In this document: positions 36,338 through 45,320 of the stretch, in pieces
Layout: every line of letters starts with the position of its first letter
How positions within the stretch are numbered: position 1 is the first letter of the stretch
Origin: Candidatus Yanofskybacteria bacterium RIFCSPHIGHO2_01_FULL_41_26
GTDB lineage: Bacteria; Patescibacteriota; Minisyncoccia; 2-02-FULL-40-12; GWA2-44-9
Assembly (NCBI GenBank): GCA_001794055.1
Contig: MGJB01000002.1
Location: forward strand, 1 to 46,933
Length of the DNA: 46,933 nucleotides
Reading direction: 5' to 3'
Program-made: the position numbers and the translations under genes
The notes under the pieces: generated by a model
What the model was told of the DNA's origin: nothing
Seen by the model: only the letters and a program-made list of their open reading frames with translations
Databases searched by the model: none

Positions 36338-36456
36338 AAAATCACCTCTGTAAATTTTTAAATTTCTGGAGAAAGAATAACAACAAACTCCGCTCTTGAA
36401 AAGGGGCAAATAAAAAACTCCCGATTAAGGGAGTACTGTCCTTTTCAAGGGCGGGG

Positions 36457-38541
36457 TTACTCATTTAAGAATTCATCGGCTTTTTCGATGATCTCTTTGG
36501 CGCAAGTTTTACAGAACCCTCCGGGACCGGTGAGTTCCGAGAAAAGATCACTAGCCCGTTTCTTTGATTCTTCGTCTTTGGGCTTATGAATAGCCAATAC
36601 TGTTTTTAACATGTCTTTCGAGTCAGAAAGAAGTTTTTTGTCGACAGCCCGAGATAATGGAGGATATGAATCATAGGCCAAACTTCCTGCTTCCAGTATT
36701 TCTCCTCTAAAATTATCAGCTTCAGATTCGGAAATTGGTATAAACTCCTCAATCTCTCGTAGAAATTTTACATTTGGTGTCTTGGGTCTTCCCGTCAACG
36801 TATCACGGACAACATCAGTTCGGCCTCTGACAAATTTTCTTTTCTGTTCTCTGTAAAATCTTGCCTCTCTTACATAATCGTCGAACATTTGGCGAGCCAA
36901 ATCATCGTGAGATTTGAGAAACGCCTTCTCAACAGCGCTAACTGTAAATTCTTTATATTCAGCAACAACAGTGCCACCCTCGCTTGAGGAAAGTAGTTCC
37001 TTGTAGCGGCTTACTTCTTCCGGAGTGACACCCATTCGATGTTCAAAAATTTCTCTTAGAGCCGTCAAGGTCTTAAGGGGGGTTAAACATCCGTTGTCAG
37101 TATCTGATTCTTTGGCAAGAGCGCTGTTTAAAGCGGCCAGAACGGTTCTCGAACTGACCCCGAACATACCTTCTATTTTGGCAATGTCCGGTGATGTGCG
37201 GCCCTCTTCAATAAGCTCCCTTATATCGATTGGTTTTTTATCTTTATCCCTAAGTTCTGTTAAGGCTCGGTCGCCATTATAGACCTTAGCTTTTGTTAAT
37301 GAATCAATTCCCATCTGCGAAGGCGTAAGTCGTGTCAAAATGGCAAATAACGCCGCAAGTTCTAACGCTCCCGGAGCGATGTGATGTCCTTTTAATCGGA
37401 CAAAATCACTTTCTCTTTCGATAAGCTTTTTATAGAGTCTTACCTCGTCTCTTATTCGCAGAGGATAGTGAAAAGGTACTACGATAAATCGGTCATGGAG
37501 CCCTTCATATTTTTTATTTGTAGCAAACTCCTTAAAAGCAGTTAGGTTGGTGTGGCCGATTATTACGGTATCGACAGAAAGATGAGGGAAATAAGAGCCT
37601 TCAATTTTTAATTGTTTTTCTTCGGCTACACTGAAAAAAACTCTCAAAACCTTAGGATCGCTTGAAGTAACCTCTCGTCCTTCAACGAAACCTCTTTCTC
37701 CAGCCGGAATTTCCCCGCCTATCTCAAAAGCTCTGGGATGATTGTGACCGTATGCAGGATTTGAAGTTATGCCGATGTTTTCCCGGCCGCTTAACGCTGT
37801 AGTATCGGAAGTTATTTCGTTTGATGGTTCAAATGAACCAATGCCGCGTCTACCCTGAATCGAGAAAGTAAAAGTCTCTACCGGAACTTCATGCCAACGA
37901 ACAGTTCCGTCCGGATCACTGTACTTTGTTTCTAAAAGATCTCGGCAAACAGGGCAAAGGTCGCCTTCTATTTGGACTCCTATATGTAGATGTTTGGGAT
38001 CTGGATCCGCTTTGCATTCTGTACAATGTTCTTTTTTTGTTGCTGCTTGGTCCCTCATATAACGGGGAAGAAGATGAAGCGGTTCCTCGTGTTTTGGACA
38101 TCCTTTGATAAAAAATACCGGACGCTTGTTATAGTTTTCCAACGCTTTGCCCAGAATTCTTACCCAAGTTGATTTTCCTGCTCCAGGAGGACCGACAAGG
38201 ATCAGAAGGTACTTTCCTGTGGAGCCTCGAGTTGCTCCGACTTTAATATGTTCAACCGCTTCAGATATGGGTTTATCTACCCCGTAAAGTTCTTTACGGA
38301 AAAGATTATATCCAGTAGAAACCCCCATCCACTGTTCTTCTTCGGGAAGTTGAACTACTTCGGCGTTTTGAATTATTTCCCACAATCTCGAAGCAGATAG
38401 TTGAGCAATGGCCGGATCTTCCGCCACTAAGGCTAAATATTCACGAAATGTTATTTCTCTATGGAGTTTCTTTTTCGCTCTTTTTCGCTCGGCATCTTCT
38501 TTAATAATGCTGTTAAAGCCGTTCTTTTTTTCTTCTGACAT
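36457..38541 (-). CDS. prkA: PrkA/YeaG family AAA+ protein
   Basis: TFREYL, LVGPPGAGKST, CPKHEEPLHL, GDLCPVC, IIGHTN, DRFIVVPFHY.L, EGMFGVSSR. Start at ATG 38541 with AAGGAG SD. Confidence 0.92.
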   Translation of the reverse strand: MSEEKKNGFNSIIKEDAERKRAKKKLHREITFREYLALVAEDPAIAQLSASRLWEIIQNAEVVQLPEEEQWMGVSTGYNLFRKELYGVDKPISEAVEHIKVGATRGSTGKYLLILVGPPGAGKSTWVRILGKALENYNKRPVFFIKGCPKHEEPLHLLPRYMRDQAATKKEHCTECKADPDPKHLHIGVQIEGDLCPVCRDLLETKYSDPDGTVRWHEVPVETFTFSIQGRRGIGSFEPSNEITSDTTALSGRENIGITSNPAYGHNHPRAFEIGGEIPAGERGFVEGREVTSSDPKVLRVFFSVAEEKQLKIEGSYFPHLSVDTVIIGHTNLTAFKEFATNKKYEGLHDRFIVVPFHYPLRIRDEVRLYKKLIERESDFVRLKGHHIAPGALELAALFAILTRLTPSQMGIDSLTKAKVYNGDRALTELRDKDKKPIDIRELIEEGRTSPDIAKIEGMFGVSSRTVLAALNSALAKESDTDNGCLTPLKTLTALREIFEHRMGVTPEEVSRYKELLSSSEGGTVVAEYKEFTVSAVEKAFLKSHDDLARQMFDDYVREARFYREQKRKFVRGRTDVVRDTLTGRPKTPNVKFLREIEEFIPISESEADNFRGEILEAGSLAYDSYPPLSRAVDKKLLSDSKDMLKTVLAIHKPKDEESKKRASDLFSELTGPGGFCKTCAKEIIEKADEFLNE

Positions 38542-38585
38542 CGATGTCTCCTTGGCGAGTAGTTTTAAAAGTTCTAGATTTACCC

Positions 38586-38651
38586 ATATTAGTATAAGGG
38601 GGCTTAAAGTCAATCCCACCATGTTGATTTTTCTTAAATAATATGTATACT
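38586..38651. promoter_or_regulatory. Back-to-back promoters for prkA and lon
   Basis: Minus strand TTGACT-16-TAATAT; plus strand TTGATT-16-TATACT. Confidence 0.55.
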
Positions 38652-38689
38652 ATTGACAAGTTCTTTACCAATTAGGGAAACAAAGAAAA

Positions 38690-41122
38690 GTGCATCCAAA
38701 ACATCAAATCGTGCTTCCTGTACAGCACGTCTTGATAAATCTTGGTCCGAGCATAATGGTAATGCCAGGGACTTGGTCTTATATTCGTTTAGACGATCAT
38801 GAATCTTCCAGTAAGATTTTGACAGCAGTTAAGGCCGGGCAAGCCCCTTATGTTTTTGCTGTAATGTCTGATCCTCAGATAAAAGATCCGCCGGACAGAT
38901 TTTATAAAGTTGGCGTAGTTGCTGAAACACGACCATACAATGATGATCGGGCCATTGTTTTGGGGGGTCTTTTAAGGGCCGAGATTACTAAATTCATAAG
39001 GGTTGGAGAAAAGGGCGGAGGTCTTTGGATGGTTAGCCTCAAGAAGATAGAAGACGAGAATCACGATGATTATTTTGTAAAATCTAATCAACATGTTTTG
39101 GCTGATATGATAAAAATTAGAGATCTTCTGAGGTCTTTTGTGATCAGAGCGGAAGGATCTTATCTTTTTGACAAGAGGCTTCTGGATCTTCTGTTGGATA
39201 ATTTTGAAAATACTGACTGGGGAAATAAAGATGCGGTTGATAATTTTATCTGGTCAACACTGCATGCGGTTCCGGATTTACTCCAAGAAGATAAACAGCC
39301 TATTCTTGAAAGCATGAGTTTGCCGGAAAGAATTGAGCTTTGCATTAAAACTATTAAGAAAAGATTAAAGCTTCTAGAAATTCAAAAAGAGAATATGTCA
39401 AAAGATGGCAAGCTTATTAGAAGAGCAAGAAAAACCGAAGTAGATCCCCGAGGTGATGCAAATAAAAACGACGAAGATGATTTTGTCAAAGGCATTCATG
39501 TCGACATAAAAAAGAGATGGGAACAATTCAAATTAATTAGGGATCACATGAACGAAGATGCTGGCGATGTGATAATGGAGGATCTTGAGAAGCTGAAGTC
39601 CTTAGGAAGTCCGCAAGGGAATAATTACGAATGGCCCAAGTATATGCGGCGCGTAGACTTTATTCTTGGTCTTCCCTGGAAAGAAGAAACGGTTCAAGAA
39701 GGCAATATCTCTAAAGTGGCACAGATTCTCGACGAAGATCACTTTGGCCTTGTTTGTGAAAAGGATTCAATTTGCGACCAAGTCGCTCCCAAATTGCTTA
39801 ACCCCGGTAGTAGGGGATCCATTATTTGCCTTGTCGGTCCTCCCGGAACAGGGAAGACTTCTCTTGCCAAATCAATAGCTAGGGCATTGAACAGAAAATA
39901 TATCAGGATGTCTTTAGGTGGTGTTAGAGATGAAGCCCAGATCAGGGGCCACGGCATTACTTATGTTGGTGCTGAACCCGGAGAGATACTGAAGCTGATG
40001 AAGCGATGCGGAGTTAAAAATCCATTGTTTGTTATTGACGAGATTGATAAATTGGGACAAATGTCCACCAGCGGAGACCCATCCGCAGCGATGCTTGAAG
40101 TTTTGGATCCCGAACAGAACGGTACATTCAAGGACCATTTTGTAGCTTGTGGATTCGACCTTTCAAGGGTTATGTTTATCGCTACGGCAAATCAGGAACA
40201 TACGATCCATCCCGCTCTTAGAGACAGGATGGATGTTACTCGTTTGCCAGGATATTTAGAAGTTGAGAAGGTGGAAATTGCCAAGAGGCACCTAATCCCT
40301 CGTTTGATGAAAGACTTAGGTCTTATTCAAAATAACGTCGAAGTTGCATGGGAAGAGGGCCTGATCTCCAAAATCATCAGGAGCTATACAAATGAAGCCG
40401 GAGTCAGAAACATTGAAAGAGCTCTTGCAAAAATTTTAAAAAAGATTTGTCGAGCATATCTCAAATCAAAAAACGAGGAAGAGCCGGTTACTAAATTTAA
40501 TGTGACTGAACAAAAAGTCCATGAGTATCTCGGACCACCCAAGTTTACCAAGGACAGAGTCAGGCCTACGAAAGTGGGAGAGGCAATAGGCCTTGCCTGG
40601 ACTCCTGTCGGCGGAGACATTCTTTACGTTCAAGTAGAAACCTACCCCAGACTACAGGGCAAGAAAGTTTTTGCTCGAACCGGAATGCAGGGCAAAGTTA
40701 TGGAAGAATCTGATGAAGTTGCCTTAACTCTAGTAAGAAATAGGCACCCAGAGTTGTCTGAAAAGTTATCGGAGCTTGCTATCCATTTGCACATACCAAA
40801 CGGTGCTGTTCCTAAAGATGGACCTTCTGCTGGGATAACCATAGTAAGTGCTTTAGAATCTGAAATAACGAATAAGCCTATAAAATTTAATTTAGCAATG
40901 ACGGGGGAGATAGATTTAAAAGGCAGAGTTTTAGCGGTTGGCGGGATTAGAGAAAAGATAGTGGCCGCTGAAGGAGCGGGCATAGAATCAATTATTATGC
41001 CAAAGGATAATGAGAGAAATCTTCACGACGTGCCTGAGGCCGTAAAGGACAAACTAATATTTCATTTTGTGGAGTCAATAGATGAAGTTTTGGAAAATGC
41101 ATTTCCACGGGACCCGGCTTAA
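38690..41122 (+). CDS. lon: Lon (La) ATP-dependent protease with a divergent N-domain
   Basis: LDEDHFGL, GPPGTGKTS, LGGVRDEAQIRGH, IDEIDK, EAGVR, PKDGPSAG (Ser), GGIREK (Lys). Confidence 0.96.
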   Translation: MHPKHQIVLPVQHVLINLGPSIMVMPGTWSYIRLDDHESSSKILTAVKAGQAPYVFAVMSDPQIKDPPDRFYKVGVVAETRPYNDDRAIVLGGLLRAEITKFIRVGEKGGGLWMVSLKKIEDENHDDYFVKSNQHVLADMIKIRDLLRSFVIRAEGSYLFDKRLLDLLLDNFENTDWGNKDAVDNFIWSTLHAVPDLLQEDKQPILESMSLPERIELCIKTIKKRLKLLEIQKENMSKDGKLIRRARKTEVDPRGDANKNDEDDFVKGIHVDIKKRWEQFKLIRDHMNEDAGDVIMEDLEKLKSLGSPQGNNYEWPKYMRRVDFILGLPWKEETVQEGNISKVAQILDEDHFGLVCEKDSICDQVAPKLLNPGSRGSIICLVGPPGTGKTSLAKSIARALNRKYIRMSLGGVRDEAQIRGHGITYVGAEPGEILKLMKRCGVKNPLFVIDEIDKLGQMSTSGDPSAAMLEVLDPEQNGTFKDHFVACGFDLSRVMFIATANQEHTIHPALRDRMDVTRLPGYLEVEKVEIAKRHLIPRLMKDLGLIQNNVEVAWEEGLISKIIRSYTNEAGVRNIERALAKILKKICRAYLKSKNEEEPVTKFNVTEQKVHEYLGPPKFTKDRVRPTKVGEAIGLAWTPVGGDILYVQVETYPRLQGKKVFARTGMQGKVMEESDEVALTLVRNRHPELSEKLSELAIHLHIPNGAVPKDGPSAGITIVSALESEITNKPIKFNLAMTGEIDLKGRVLAVGGIREKIVAAEGAGIESIIMPKDNERNLHDVPEAVKDKLIFHFVESIDEVLENAFPRDPA

Positions 41123-41174
41123 AAAGCCGGTTTTTTGTAAAAAAGTGATTTTTGGCGTATACTTTTTAAAGATT

Positions 41175-42734
41175 ATGTTCAACTACCTCCATGTCGGCCG
41201 GGCTACTGATTTAATCGACGACAAAGACCGGCACTTATTCCGCCTTCTGGAAGTAATGCCTGGTTTTTTGGCTTGGCTTACGTTGTTTTTGGTGGCCTTG
41301 TTGTCTTTTTTGGTCCCGTTTTGGATGGCGATATTTATAATTGCCTTCGATGTTTATTGGCTCATTAAAACTGTGTATTTGTCTTTGCACCTGCGAGTTT
41401 CGTACAACAAACTGAAAAAGAATCTGACCTTAAACTGGATTGAAAAATTAAACAGACTATCGACTATCGACTATCGACTATCGACTATCAAATCGTGGCA
41501 GGATATTTACCACTTTGTTTTTCTGCCTTTGTATAAAGAAGATTATTCTGTCGTTGCTTCCACGATAGAAGGTCTTTTAAAAACAAATTATCCAAAATCA
41601 AAGATGGTGGTAGTTATTTGTTGGGAAGAAAGGGGGGGCAAAGAGACTGAGTCGGTTGTCCGTGAAGTTGAAAAAAATTATAAAAATGTTTTTTTAGATT
41701 TTGTATCAGTAATGCATCCGGCCAACCTTCCTGATGAGATTCCTGGCAAGGGTTCAAATACTGCTTATGCCGCAAAGATGGTCAGGGATTCTATTGTTGA
41801 TGTCCGTCGGATTCCATATGATCATATTCTTGTTTCTAATCTTGATATTGATACTGTCGTTTTTCCCGAATATTTTGGAATTTTGATGCACACTTTTCTT
41901 ACTACGCCTAACCCGCTACGTTCTTCTTATCAGCCGATTCCTTTGTATGTTAATAACATTTGGGAAGCTCCGTCATTTGCAAGAGTAGTTGCTTTTGCGG
42001 CGACATTCTGGCATACCGTGAAACAGGAGAAAGCCGAAACGGCCACGACATTTTCATCCCACTCAATGCCATGGCAGGCATTGGTAGATGTCGGATTTTG
42101 GCAAAAAAATATGGTTTCAGAGGATTCTCGGATATTTTGGCAGTGTTTTTTAAGGTATGACGGCGATTACAAGGTTGTGCCGTTATTTTATCCGGTATCA
42201 ATGGATGCCAATGTTGCTTCAACAAATTTTCAAACACTGAAGAATGTTTACAAACAACAAAGGCGCTGGGCATATGGGGCCGAGAACATACCTTATTTCA
42301 TGTTTGGTTTTATGAGAAATAAAGCCATTTCTTTCTCTAAAAAATTGTATTATGGGTTCATGGTCATTGAAGGAAATCACTCCTGGGCAACGAATGCCCT
42401 GCTTATTTTTGTTTTAGGCTGGCTGCCGGTCTTGCTGGGCGGTCAGGAATTTAACAGAACAGTTCTTTCTTTTAATTTGCCTTATTTGACTAGAATAATC
42501 ATGACTCTTTCGATGCTCGGCTTGGTTTCTTCGGCTATTTTATCTATTATTCTTCTTCCGCCTCGGCCTCTTAAATACGGCAAATTTAAATATTTCTGGA
42601 TGCTGGTTCAGTGGGTATTATTTCCCGCAACGACAATATTTCTCGGTTCCATACCGGCATTGGAAGCTCAAACTCGCCTGATGCTCGGCAAGTATATGGG
42701 GTTTTGGGTAACCCCGAAGATTAGGGCAAGGTAA
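41175..42734 (+). CDS. Multi-TM family 2 glycosyltransferase
   Basis: PLYKE, GKGSN, LDID (DxD), SED, QQRRW; TM helices at both ends. Start taken at ATG 41175. Confidence 0.88.
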   Translation: MFNYLHVGRATDLIDDKDRHLFRLLEVMPGFLAWLTLFLVALLSFLVPFWMAIFIIAFDVYWLIKTVYLSLHLRVSYNKLKKNLTLNWIEKLNRLSTIDYRLSTIKSWQDIYHFVFLPLYKEDYSVVASTIEGLLKTNYPKSKMVVVICWEERGGKETESVVREVEKNYKNVFLDFVSVMHPANLPDEIPGKGSNTAYAAKMVRDSIVDVRRIPYDHILVSNLDIDTVVFPEYFGILMHTFLTTPNPLRSSYQPIPLYVNNIWEAPSFARVVAFAATFWHTVKQEKAETATTFSSHSMPWQALVDVGFWQKNMVSEDSRIFWQCFLRYDGDYKVVPLFYPVSMDANVASTNFQTLKNVYKQQRRWAYGAENIPYFMFGFMRNKAISFSKKLYYGFMVIEGNHSWATNALLIFVLGWLPVLLGGQEFNRTVLSFNLPYLTRIIMTLSMLGLVSSAILSIILLPPRPLKYGKFKYFWMLVQWVLFPATTIFLGSIPALEAQTRLMLGKYMGFWVTPKIRAR

Positions 42735-42800
42735 CTTGACGTCAGTCTTGCTATTGTTTATGATACGGCTTGGTTATTCTGATTATTTAAAGGTGGCAAG

Positions 42801-42950
42801 ATGACTAACAAAAAGTGGGAATACAAGATGGTAACGATTGCCCTGTTAGATCAGACCAGAACAGAAACAATCCTGAATGAATTAGGCAAAGCTGGATGGG
42901 AGCTGGTTGTTGTAAATTATGCCGCAGCCTATTTGAAGATGGAAAAATAA
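42801..42950 (+). CDS. DUF4177-like small protein (stand-alone unit)
   Basis: MTNKKWEYK...LNELGKAGWELV, 49 aa (below the ORF-track cutoff). TTGACG-17-TATGAT promoter at 42736-42764. Confidence 0.8.
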   Translation: MTNKKWEYKMVTIALLDQTRTETILNELGKAGWELVVVNYAAAYLKMEK

Positions 42951-42994
42951 ATCAGGAATTAATTCGGCTAAGTGCCGGATTTTTGTTAAGCCGG

Positions 42995-43063
42995 TTTGAA
43001 TCTCTATTGCCAACTGCCATCCCCATCCATATTCACAGGGGTTGTGGGGTGTTATTGAAATAA
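42995..43063. repeat. Family A repeat, internally deleted copy
   Basis: Both ends retained: TTTGAATCTCTATTGCCAACTGCC and GGTTGTGGGGTGTTATTGAAATAA. Confidence 0.7.
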
Positions 43064-43068
43064 GTTAG

Positions 43069-45261
43069 TTATTCAAAATGAGTAAGACGCTGGAATTTTT
43101 CTAATTTGTCTTTGAGAAGAGGGTAGTTTGTTAATGACGAATCATCTTTCAGTAAAAACCTTGCCTCAAGCCGGGCTTTTTTGATTAGTTCTACGTTGGC
43201 CAACGAGGCCATGGCGAGGTCGGGAAGGCCGGATTGCTTAACGCCGAAAAATTCTCCGGGACCGCGGATGGCCATATCTTTTTCGGCAAGCAAAAATCCG
43301 TCATCGCATTCAACCAGAGCTTTTAACCTTTGATTGATTTTTTTGTCGGATGTTAAACTGAACAACAAACAATAAGATTGGTGTTCTCCTCGTCCAACCC
43401 GGCCTCGGAATTGGTGTAACTGGGCCAGACCGAATCTTTCGGAATTCTCTACCATCATAATTGTGGCATTCTGAATATCTACTCCGACTTCAACAACTGA
43501 AGTCGAGACTAGAATTCCATACTTCTTGTTTTTAAATTTGTCCATTATTTCATTTTTTTCTTTTGGTTTCATTTTGCCGTGGAGCATTGCTACCTTAAGG
43601 TCCGGAAACACCTCTTCCGATAATTTTTTATATTCAACTTCAACGGCCTTTGCTTCGGACCAGAGGATATTCATTTTGGATTGCTTGTTTTTGCCTTTTA
43701 TTTCTTTGATCGGATCGGCCAGTTCTATCCGTGGACAGATGACAAAAACCTGCCGGCCTGAATTTACTTCTTCTCGAATAAAGTTGTAGGCAGATTTTCT
43801 TTGCAGAGGCGAGATTACTTTAGTAATTATTTTCTGGCGGTTTTTTGGTTTTTCTTTAATTAGGGAAATATCCAGATCGCCATATATAGTCAAGGCAAGA
43901 GTACGGGGAATGGGAGTGGCAGTCATGGACAATAAATGCGGCACAATCTCTTTGTTCTTAACCAATGCTGCTCGTTGGGCCACTCCGAATCTGTGTTGTT
44001 CATCTAAGACCACCAAGGCAAGATTTTTAAATTCTACATCTTTTTGTATCAAAGCATGGGTGCCTATGATAATCTTGGCTTGACCTGAGGCAATGCGTTT
44101 TTTGATATTTGATTTTTTGCCGGCTCGGAGTGGGCTCTCGGGGCGGTGCTTTAGCCCGCCCTGGGAACTCTGTAAACTGCAGGTGCTCCAGGCGATAGAA
44201 CCGGTTAGAAGTGCGACCTCAATGTCGGTGTGAGATATGAGTTTTCTGATTGTTTCCATGTGCTGGTTGGCGAGAACTTCAGTTGGGGCCATAAATACGG
44301 TCTGGTAGCCGGCTTTGGCTGTTTGGATAGCGGCTATTAATGCAACCACAGTTTTGCCAGAACCGACATCTCCTTCCATGAGACGATTCATCGGATATGA
44401 TTTACCGATGTCTTTTAATATTTCCCAGGCTGCGACTTTTTGATCGCGAGTCAATTCAAAAGGCAACTCGGAGATAAAATTTTGGATTAAGTTTTGATCA
44501 AATCCTACCCTTACCGATTTCAGTTGATTTAATTTTCTTCTTTCCAAAAGAGCTTTGAGTTGAAAAAGTAGCAGATCGTCAAAAGCCAATCGTTCTTTAG
44601 CAATATTGGCCTCTGTGTCATTTGTTGGATAATGAATCTTGGCAATCGCCTCCTCCAAAGAGGGGAGCTTATATTTTTTAATAATTTGTTCGGGGAGTGG
44701 GTCTAGAATTTTTAAGTTTTTTAAAATTGGCTTGATTAGAAATCGGAGATACTTTGAGGTAACTCCCTCTGTTTCGGGATAGACCGGAATCAATCTTCCG
44801 GTGTGGGTTAGTCCGCCAGCTGGAGGAATAAAAGGATACTCATCGGCGTTTATCTTTTCGTAAGTCGGACTGGAAAGGTATAGGCCATGTTTATCAAGAT
44901 TGGCTTTTCCGGCCAAACTCACTAAGGCTCCTTCCCTTAAACTGTTGGCAATAAAGGGTTGATTGAACCAAACCACTTTTACAGCTCCGGTTTCGTCGCT
45001 AACCAAAGCATTTGTTATAGACATTCGTTTTGGGAATATCATCCGGCTACTCATCTTTAAAACTTCTCCTTGGATGTTCACTTTTTGGCCGGGCTCGATT
45101 TCGGAAATTGTTACGACCTTGCTGTAATCTTCATAGCGTGCAGGAAAATGCCACAAGAGGTCTCTTACGGTCTTTATGCCGAGTTTGGCCAAGCGAGGGA
45201 GATTTCTTGAACCCACATTCCTAAGTTGTTCGACGGAAAGGTTTAAGTCCATTTCGCCCAT
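43069..45261 (-). CDS. recG: ATP-dependent DNA helicase RecG
   Basis: Wedge/OB domain, MNRLMEGDVGSGKT, DEQHRFG, TATPIPR, FGLAQLHQFRGRVGRG, RGPGE. Confidence 0.97.
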   Translation of the reverse strand: MGEMDLNLSVEQLRNVGSRNLPRLAKLGIKTVRDLLWHFPARYEDYSKVVTISEIEPGQKVNIQGEVLKMSSRMIFPKRMSITNALVSDETGAVKVVWFNQPFIANSLREGALVSLAGKANLDKHGLYLSSPTYEKINADEYPFIPPAGGLTHTGRLIPVYPETEGVTSKYLRFLIKPILKNLKILDPLPEQIIKKYKLPSLEEAIAKIHYPTNDTEANIAKERLAFDDLLLFQLKALLERRKLNQLKSVRVGFDQNLIQNFISELPFELTRDQKVAAWEILKDIGKSYPMNRLMEGDVGSGKTVVALIAAIQTAKAGYQTVFMAPTEVLANQHMETIRKLISHTDIEVALLTGSIAWSTCSLQSSQGGLKHRPESPLRAGKKSNIKKRIASGQAKIIIGTHALIQKDVEFKNLALVVLDEQHRFGVAQRAALVKNKEIVPHLLSMTATPIPRTLALTIYGDLDISLIKEKPKNRQKIITKVISPLQRKSAYNFIREEVNSGRQVFVICPRIELADPIKEIKGKNKQSKMNILWSEAKAVEVEYKKLSEEVFPDLKVAMLHGKMKPKEKNEIMDKFKNKKYGILVSTSVVEVGVDIQNATIMMVENSERFGLAQLHQFRGRVGRGEHQSYCLLFSLTSDKKINQRLKALVECDDGFLLAEKDMAIRGPGEFFGVKQSGLPDLAMASLANVELIKKARLEARFLLKDDSSLTNYPLLKDKLEKFQRLTHFE

Positions 45262-45320
45262 ATTTTAACATTTGCGGATTAAATTTAAAAGCGGATAAAA
45301 ATCCGCCTTAATCAACGATG

